Shown: positions 41,144 to 48,374 of the stretch, one piece after another
Numbering within the stretch: the first letter of the stretch is position 1
Layout: every line of letters starts with the position of its first letter
Assembly (NCBI GenBank): GCA_012862495.1
Contig: BLSG01000449.1
Span: 119,483 to 167,856, forward strand
Reading direction: 5' to 3'
DNA length: 48,374 nt
DNA from: Thraustochytrium aureum
Taxonomy: Eukaryota
The notes under the pieces: model-generated
The model's database searches: none
Seen by the model: only the letters and a program-made list of their open reading frames with translations
What the model was told of the DNA's origin: nothing
Made by a program: the position numbers and the translations under genes

Positions 41144-41697
41144 TGAAAAAGCATCGCTNNNNNNNNNNNNNNNNNNNNNNNNNNNNNNNNNNNNNNNNNN
41201 NNNNNNNNNNNNNNNNNNNNNNNNNNNNNNNNNNNNNNNNNNNNNNNNNNNNNNNNNNNNNNNNNNNNNNNNNNNNNNNNNNNNNNNNNNNNNNNNNNNN
41301 NNNNNNNNNNNNNNNGTCGTCTTTCTGAAGAAAAATGTGAAGAAGGACTGCGGCTTGCTTGTTGGCATTCGATGACTGAGCAATGTTGACCCGGGCCGCC
41401 GGTTCGGCCCACTGCCGATGAAATAACTGGCTGCCAGGGGCGGCAAGACCTTTGTCACTCCTATGCGATTGAACCTTCCGATAGCGCGAGGCGCTTGAAC
41501 CTCAGCACCGCGGGGCAATACCTTTCACCCGCAAGTTTGCGACAACAGCGCACGGCCTGCCACCTTTGATTGATTGGGAAGGACTTGGCCCTGCAACAGG
41601 CCGACCCTGCTGTGATGCATGTTGAGTATGTACATACAATGGTTCGCCAAGGCACTCTTCTCTGCCCATGATCTTGAGCGCCCTAGCTTGGGCGCAG

Positions 41698-44600
41698 CTA
41701 GGGCTGCCTTCCCTTGCCGTAAGTTCCGCCCAACGTTAGCAGGAGTGGCGACAAAGGCTGGGGCAAAGTCTGGCTTGGGGGGTGAACAGGGGGCCTGGGT
41801 TGTGGCGCTTCAACGACGATTCGGTTCCCTTCCCCATCGCTGTCCTCTTCCCCATCGCTGTCCCCTTCCCCATCGATGTTTCCTTCCTCGCCGCCGGTTC
41901 GACCATCGCTTGCGTCGTTGTCTCCGTCCTCGCTTCTTTCATCCCAGTGGCGCTCCACAGGTTCGATGCGGTCAGCGAGCTCCTTTTTTACGGCCTTGTC
42001 GATCTCTACGCTCGAGTCAGCACCCGAAAGACTTGACGCGGAAGCTGCGGCTCCCACCGTGCTAGAGGCGCTCAACGAAGCTGACGAAGTACCCAGAATG
42101 AGAGCAGCCTGCATGATCGAGCTGATCGTACCATCAGGGTTGAACGCCGCCGCAGCGGTGAGCAAGAATACGAAAAGAAGCACCAGAACCGCAGCAAGGC
42201 CAACGATGAACGTTGCAACTTGAAACGATGAGAGTCCGAGGCCGCCGCCTAGCACACTGGCCAAGAGCTCTTCCACAAGCGAGTCCCACGCCTGCAGAAA
42301 TTCATCGCGTGAAATCGCTCCGCTGCAGTCGACATCGCACATCATGAAGAGCATGTCGCGTCGTTTTGGAAGCACGTTGATCCTCAACGTCTCCAAGATT
42401 TCCTTGAAACCCTTCTTTGTCAACGTGTTGTCCTGCGTAACGCTGCCCGGCTTGCCCGAGACGATAACGAAGCTGAAGAGGTCGTTGGAATCAAACTCGT
42501 AGTTTTGGTCTGAAGCGGTGATCGCGAGCAGTCCTTGTTCGGCGCCTTGTTCGCCTTGCCGGCGCTCGTTGAGGGCCTCGAGGAAGCGCTCCTTGACTTT
42601 TGCATTAAAGGCCTCCACAAACCGCGCCTTGACTTTGGCCCTTGTCTTGGCAATGAAGCTGTATTGGTATGTAAGTGTCCCATAAAAGCCGCTGACGCAC
42701 GCCCCGTACGAGAGAAACTTTGTTGGGTACAGAAACGCAGCGAGCAGCACCCAGACGCACTGTGTTGTAAGCATCACCAGGAGGAAAAACAGCGAGAACC
42801 ACAGCAGCACAAAGTAACCTTTGCGCACGATCATGTTCAACAACTTTGACTGCTCGGACACGTGGCTGTATTCGACAAACAGGAGAGCGTACGAGGCCAG
42901 CAAGGTGACGAGGCTGTACGACCCGACCGCCTGCAGCGGCGAAACCAGCTCGAGTTCTCCAAGGCTACCCCGCTCAGGGAGGAACAGCAGATCCTCCGGA
43001 TGCATACTCCGCAACGACCCAACAGATTTGGCGTAGACAAATTGTACGTGAAGCGCCATTTGAAGAATCATATACGGCCCCAACGCGAAAAAGATCTGAT
43101 GGATCGTCGACTGAAGGTAGTAGATCACTCCATCAAGGGGGCTTGAGAGGCACGACATTGGGCTACCTGACGACTCGTCCTTTATGGCGAGGTTGGTGAG
43201 CGCTTCGACCCGAAGCTGCTTTCGGGTTAGATTCAGCTTTGCAAAGTTGACTTCGGCGAGCCGCGAGCCTCGGGCTGATCCTTTGCCAAAGCCGGCGATC
43301 ACGTTGAGAGCCATGCAAAATCTGATAAACACGGCGTTGAAGCCGTCCTCGGTATTGAAAGGAATACAGTCACGAAGGTCGCCCGTCCTAACGCAGTATA
43401 TGCGGACGAACCAGTCAAGGCGCTGTTCGACGCAAATGCTCTCTGCTGTCTCACGTTGGAGCAGTTCACGCAGCCTTTTGTCCAATCTCAGCCGCCCTGC
43501 CCCCACGTAAGGATGACCGCAACGCAGTGGTCGCCCCTTGTCATCACACCACAGGAGACCGAAGACGCGATCATCGATTTGGCTATGAGTCCGCACATTG
43601 TACTTGAGGAAGAGCCGCTTTTTAATCTTTTGGACGTCGTCTTCCATGTCGATTTTGTTCTTGAAGCAGAAGGCCTCGTACCTTGCCATGAATTCCGCCA
43701 TGGAGATCGAAGCGCACTTGCTTGAGCTCTCTTCGGCGGACCGAGCCGATGTGAAACTCTCGCTGGCTTCGGCAAATGCGGCGATCTTGTTGTGGCGTTG
43801 CTTACACAGGGGTTCTGGCAAGCAACCCCATCCTGGCCATCGGTTGAACTTGGCTCCGGATGGTTGCCTCTCGAATTCTCCCTCTACAAATCGTTTTAGC
43901 GAGTCTGTCCATCTGCGGCGCAAGGGGTCGAACAGTAAAAGGTCACAGAGTTGCCGTGGCATCTCCAGCACGTGATGAACCTCGTCCTCATGTCTGTCGA
44001 TCACGTGACCCATTGAGTCGAGCTTGGCGACGGCTTTGCTCCGCGCCCCGTCCTTTCGCAGGTGCTTCCGCAAGTGCCTCCGCAAGAGCGGAGACAAGTT
44101 GGCCAAAGCGCCCAACGCCACAATGACCCCAATCGAAAGGCTAACGCAGAACGCAAAGACGCCGTCTTGCGGCTCGAAGCGGTTCGATGACACCAAGCCC
44201 GAAGCAGGATCCCGGTAAATCCGAACCAGCTCGGGCGAAGTATAGTCTGCGCCGACCTTGTACTCCATCAGCGTGCCAAAAAGTGAGGTGCGCGACTCTA
44301 ACCGTAGAACTCTGTGAATTGCCTTGCCCACATCTTCACTGGTACTCTCTGTGGGCCTCGAACAGCCCGACGCAACCAGATCTATTCTATACCGCCTCAC
44401 GTCAGGGCCAAGGATCCCAAAAGAGAGCGCCTGGAGAAGCGATGGCGGCAACGCGGCGTATACCGGCAAGTTTGTGTAGACAAACTTGAGCTCCGCGGTG
44501 CTTGCATACTCCGCTGCATAGGGGCTGTGATTTATGTAAAACACGGCATAAACGTCATTCTGGAGAAGTCGTCGGAGAGCTCAGTTAGAGACCTCAGCTC

Positions 44601-46060
44601 TCGCCCTTGGCAAGAAAAGCAACGTGGTACCTGCCTCCGAGTCTCTCGAAACCGGCACAAAACAGACTTACGATGCTCGGATTGCCCTCCTTGTCGATGG
44701 GCCCCTCGACATATACGTCGCGGATTTGTTCGATGATTTCTCGAGCGCTCGACTCTGTCATGCGTAGATCATTGCGCTTTTCTGCCGGAAACGACGCGTC
44801 AAGGTTTTGCTCATGAGTCTCATTTAATAGGAGAACCTGGATGCCGCCCATGTCGGTCTGGATATTGAGGTATTCGTCCACCATGATGCCAAACTCAGCA
44901 AGGTCCGTGATGTTTTCCTCGAAGCTGTTCCGCGCCAAGATAGACTTTCGCATGCACGATGGCACAACGGTGTAGTCCATGCTGGTGCGCATGGTCTCGT
45001 AGAGTTCGGGCAGGGTCAGAAAGCTACTGTTGCTTGGGAAAAACGTTGGTGTGAGCTCCTCCGCGCACGTGCTGTGCATCGGGCACATCGGCCCGCAACA
45101 TTTGCGGAGTTGGGCGACTCCGCGAGAAAACGATTCGGGCAGAACTTTGCTGTCTCCGTCCTGGTCGAAGGTCTCTTGAATTTCTTGCAGTGCTTCCCCA
45201 CTCGTACAGTCGCGTAAAGTATCCTCAAGAGCCTCGTCCAACCTCGCGGGCGCCATCAGGCAGGTGCGCTGGTCGTATGTCGTCCCCCGGTGGTCAACAC
45301 GAACGACCTGGACCGCGCTTGCCGAGCCGTAGACGACCCTCACGCTACTTTCCGCTGCGGAAAGCCACCCCTTTGTGAGAACGCTGTCAAGGACGACGAT
45401 GCGCTCGGAGCCGGAGGAGATCTCTGTCTTGGTGGCGATCAAGGTTTGGTTGATCTCCGTGAAGATCTTGGGGCCGGACACGCTGAGTGAGTCCAAGCGC
45501 ACTCCTGCCGCGCTATGAAACGACGCGACGCTATCCTTGTCCTCTGCGAGCTGCTTGACGCTCAGGTGAAGCGAGTTGCTCGCCGGGACCGCGACGGTCA
45601 CTTTGCAGACCTTTGCACAGACTCGGCCGAAGAACGCCGAGCAGCTCACGCCATTTTCTACGGTGATCTTCTCAGCGAGCGACGTGCTTGCGTTTAGCGC
45701 CACCTTTATCGAGGACTTGAATCCGTTTCGCTCGACAGTGACGCGGCCAAGTTGCGTCCCATCTGGCGCAGCGCCGCACTCGGCGCCGCAAGGCTGTACT
45801 GTTGTTGTGCAGCTCATGGTCTCGATGTGCAGGTCGGTTTCGGGGTCGAAGTTGTACGAGGAGCTCTCGAGCAGCGCCGACGAGAGCAGCATAAGCCCCA
45901 CATAGAGGATAAGCGGGTTGAGGCAGAGCGCAAGAGTACGAAACACAAACTTCCTGAACCCCTTGGCTTTGTTAAGCGCGCTTTCTCTTGGCGATATCCG
46001 CTGTTTCTGGCTCGAAGCGCCGTGGTTGACTTGCGCGCTCAACGGTCTCCCGGACGACAT
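41698..46060 (-). CDS. Large (~1400 aa) multi-pass membrane protein with EF-hands; join(44672..46060,41698..44559)
   Basis: N-terminal TM, Cys-containing beta-rich ectodomain, EF-like loops DQDGDSKVLPESF and DVDCSGAISRDEF, several TM clusters and an acidic tail. The two ORFs are joined by a phase-0 intron. Further upstream exons are possible. Confidence 0.75.
44560..44671 (-). other. Spliceosomal intron (112 nt)
   Basis: On the minus strand: ATC|GTAAGT donor at 44671, CTAAC branch point and TTCTCCAG acceptor at 44560. Splicing gives ...GNPSI|NDVYAVFYINH... in frame. Confidence 0.88.
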
Positions 46061-47037
46061 GTTCACAGCCTAGTCCGCCTCTGTCTCAGCCGCCCGTGTC
46101 GCCACACGCCCCGCCTGGCCAGCCAGCCAACCTGCTGCGAGCGTACCGCGCGCGCTTGCCCGATCTCAGCCTCGTATTGGTTGGCGTTTGCGCCGCGAGT
46201 CGAGTGCGTGCACGAGACGCCCCTGCTCTGAGCGTCTTTGCCTCGACTCGAGCTTCGACGTANNNNNNNNNNNNNNNNNNNNNNNNNNNNNNNNNNNNNN
46301 NNNNNNNNNNNNNNNNNNNNNNNNNNNNNNNNNNNNNNNNNNNNNNNNNNNNNNNNNNNNNNNNNNNNNNNNNNNNNNNNNNNNNNNNNNNNNNNNNNNN
46401 NNNNNNNNNNNNNNNNNNNNNNNNNNNNNNNNNNNNNNNNNNNNNNNNNNNNNNNNNNNNNNNNNNNNNNNNNNGCCACTGAGACGCCGCGTGAACCTAA
46501 CCCAACGCTACTCACCTATAATTATCCCGTCAGTTGAACCGGTTTCACCGTGCTGCCTTTCTTGTGTTGGGAAAGGTACTGGAAGTACATGACATTTACC
46601 CGTGAGGTCTAAATCGTTGAACGACTCGGAAAATCCAGATTGAACGAGAGGACCCGATCGAGCGCAATGGATTTGTGAGGCGGGCAAAATGAACGACGAG
46701 ACAAAAAAGTTGAAAAAACCAAAAACAAAGCACAATCAAGTCACAGCCACGCGCATTTTACACTGGCGGCTGTGCCAGCGACTAGCCAGCACGCCCAGCA
46801 CGACCAACTCAGCACACTTTGAATGGTAGTTTCCGTTAACAATGGAATACGCTTGAGCAATGTCAGCACAGCAAAGCAGCAGCAAGGGTGCACGGCCAGC
46901 GCTGACGAAGCAGGCAAGCCAACCCAGGCAAGCAGGCAACTCTAGAGGGAAGGAAGGGAGGCCAGCCGCGGAAAGCGAACGACAGTACTGAGTAGTGCGG
47001 AGTCAGAGACCCACAAGTCGTTGCCGTTGCCACAGCG

Positions 47038-48027
47038 ATGGGGCTCAAGCACAACAGACGCCTCGGCCACGACATGCTCTCGTTTTCTGAGCTTAGGGAC
47101 TTCGTCCTGCACAGTTGGGTTCCTGTTTCGTTTGAAGATGTTGTTGAAAGCAGCCTTTTATTGGGTTTTACGGCTGTTCTGCTCCGTCTGGCTTTTTGGG
47201 TTACTGGACGGGATCCGGGTGAGGTGTTCCGTGTGATTGGTGCCATTTATGCCGTGGCTCTATGTTGTTTCGTACTTCTCAGAGCGTTTGGTGCAGCGTG
47301 GCTACTTTACGTGTTCGATTCGCGCGCAGACAAGGTGTACGATTTCCTCCAGCGCCCAACCGCTCTCGCTCGCTTGGATCCTGCTTACCAGTATGTCCCA
47401 GTAAACCCCGCGACACCCAGTGGTGCCATAAGAGCGATCGCAAAGGAGTTTGAGAAGAGCTCCACGAGAGGCAACGGCAGGGTGCAGCGTGCAGTGCATA
47501 GCATCGAGTTTGTCGATCGAGCGACAGGAGCAGCCGTCAGCATTCCCAGAGTCGACACCAGGACAGGCCAATTTGAAGGCGGCGACGATGCGTTCATGCA
47601 AAGATTGAAAACTGGCACCGTGTACATGAGAATGTACACTGAAGTAACCAACCCCACTGACAACACGGTAAGACCTGTGAGGTTAGTTCAGGTTAGTCAG
47701 AACCCTTTCCCAGCTGGCGTCACCGATGACGAGTTCAAAGCGACTCTGAATCGGCTTAGCAATGATCATCGCGAAGACGTCACAAGGGTGATGAAGCAGA
47801 TGTTTGTCCATGACAGCTTCAAAGGGACAGACACCAGGCGCCAATATCAGGCGATGATTAACACGGAGCAAGCCAAGTCTTGCCCGCAGCCCGGAAATTC
47901 AGGAGCCGTGGGCATCGTTCGCCGCCTCCAAGACGGTGGCTCTGGTTCGCCGCAGGAGGACCTCAGGAGTGAAGCTGAGAGCTCTATTTCTGGAGGTATC
48001 GAGCGGACCGATTTAAAACTTGGGTAG
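47038..48027 (+). CDS. Hypothetical protein with 2-3 N-terminal hydrophobic helices
   Basis: A 329-codon ORF in lower-GC sequence with protein-like composition. No family recognised; start uncertain. Confidence 0.55.
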   Translation: MGLKHNRRLGHDMLSFSELRDFVLHSWVPVSFEDVVESSLLLGFTAVLLRLAFWVTGRDPGEVFRVIGAIYAVALCCFVLLRAFGAAWLLYVFDSRADKVYDFLQRPTALARLDPAYQYVPVNPATPSGAIRAIAKEFEKSSTRGNGRVQRAVHSIEFVDRATGAAVSIPRVDTRTGQFEGGDDAFMQRLKTGTVYMRMYTEVTNPTDNTVRPVRLVQVSQNPFPAGVTDDEFKATLNRLSNDHREDVTRVMKQMFVHDSFKGTDTRRQYQAMINTEQAKSCPQPGNSGAVGIVRRLQDGGSGSPQEDLRSEAESSISGGIERTDLKLG

Positions 48028-48374
48028 CCTGGCCGCACGCTTGCATCTGGGTTTTGCATGGTTCGTCTCTCGATGTGCGTCGACAAAGCCTGCGAAAAGC
48101 CTTAGGCCCACGAAATCACGTCAATTGTTCGGCTCGCTCATAGGGTTGGGAAAGGAAGAGGATGGCAACGATGTGTTGATTCGCGATTCGCTCTGTTTAC
48201 ACCTTCCACTTTTTATTGCAGAGCTTATTCGAATGACGCGCGATTGATCTATGCTCTTTCCGCACAGTCTGTGCCGTTCATTGCGTGCCTGCTACGCGCG
48301 GGGAATGCTACACTCGCTTGTCCAACGTTGAGGAGCCGCGTGCTCTTGTTTTTCTCGTTCGTATCACAATTCAC

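Noticed and set aside
44544..44671. Stop or frameshift splitting two genes
   Set aside because: Explained by a canonical GT-AG intron with a CTAAC branch point.
1817..46060. Calcium-signalling gene cluster (EF-hand giant, MCU, channel, EF-hand membrane protein)
   Set aside because: The genes are scattered among unrelated ones and EF-hand genes are common in protists, so there is no evidence of functional clustering.

Overview
This is a GC-rich, intron-poor eukaryotic draft scaffold with many N gaps. The eukaryotic call rests on two GT-AG introns with branch points, a CAAX box, an MGCxxS acylation motif, a mitochondrial presequence, and Tubby, BTB and MCU genes. A heterotrophic protist such as a thraustochytrid-like stramenopile is my inference, not proven. 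About 17 genes, in order: RING-Tubby fusion; giant EF-hand protein with MABP-like and RanBP2-like zinc-finger domains; tandem double cysteine-synthase/CBS enzyme; BTB + AIG1-like GTPase + CAAX; actin-fragmin-kinase-like protein; Cys-less pentameric ligand-gated channel; double-PDZ protein; ankyrin protein; MCU carrying its own EF-hand; a frameshifted membrane protein; a four-gene lipid-enzyme block; an acylated LRR protein; a degenerate GAF-HisKA-REC kinase; a large EF-hand membrane protein; and an unknown ORF. The four-gene block (28.1-35.9 kb) is the best candidate for an undescribed system. It holds a PLMT/PEMT-type methyltransferase, a BAHD acyltransferase, an Mpo1/DUF962-like enzyme and a membrane-anchored class-III aminotransferase. 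Non-coding highlights are a 32-bp hairpin-rich tandem array with higher-order structure and several recurrent intergenic motifs. All reading-frame breaks I found fall in homopolymer runs and are probably sequencing errors. Domain calls come from motif recognition by eye; no database searches were run.
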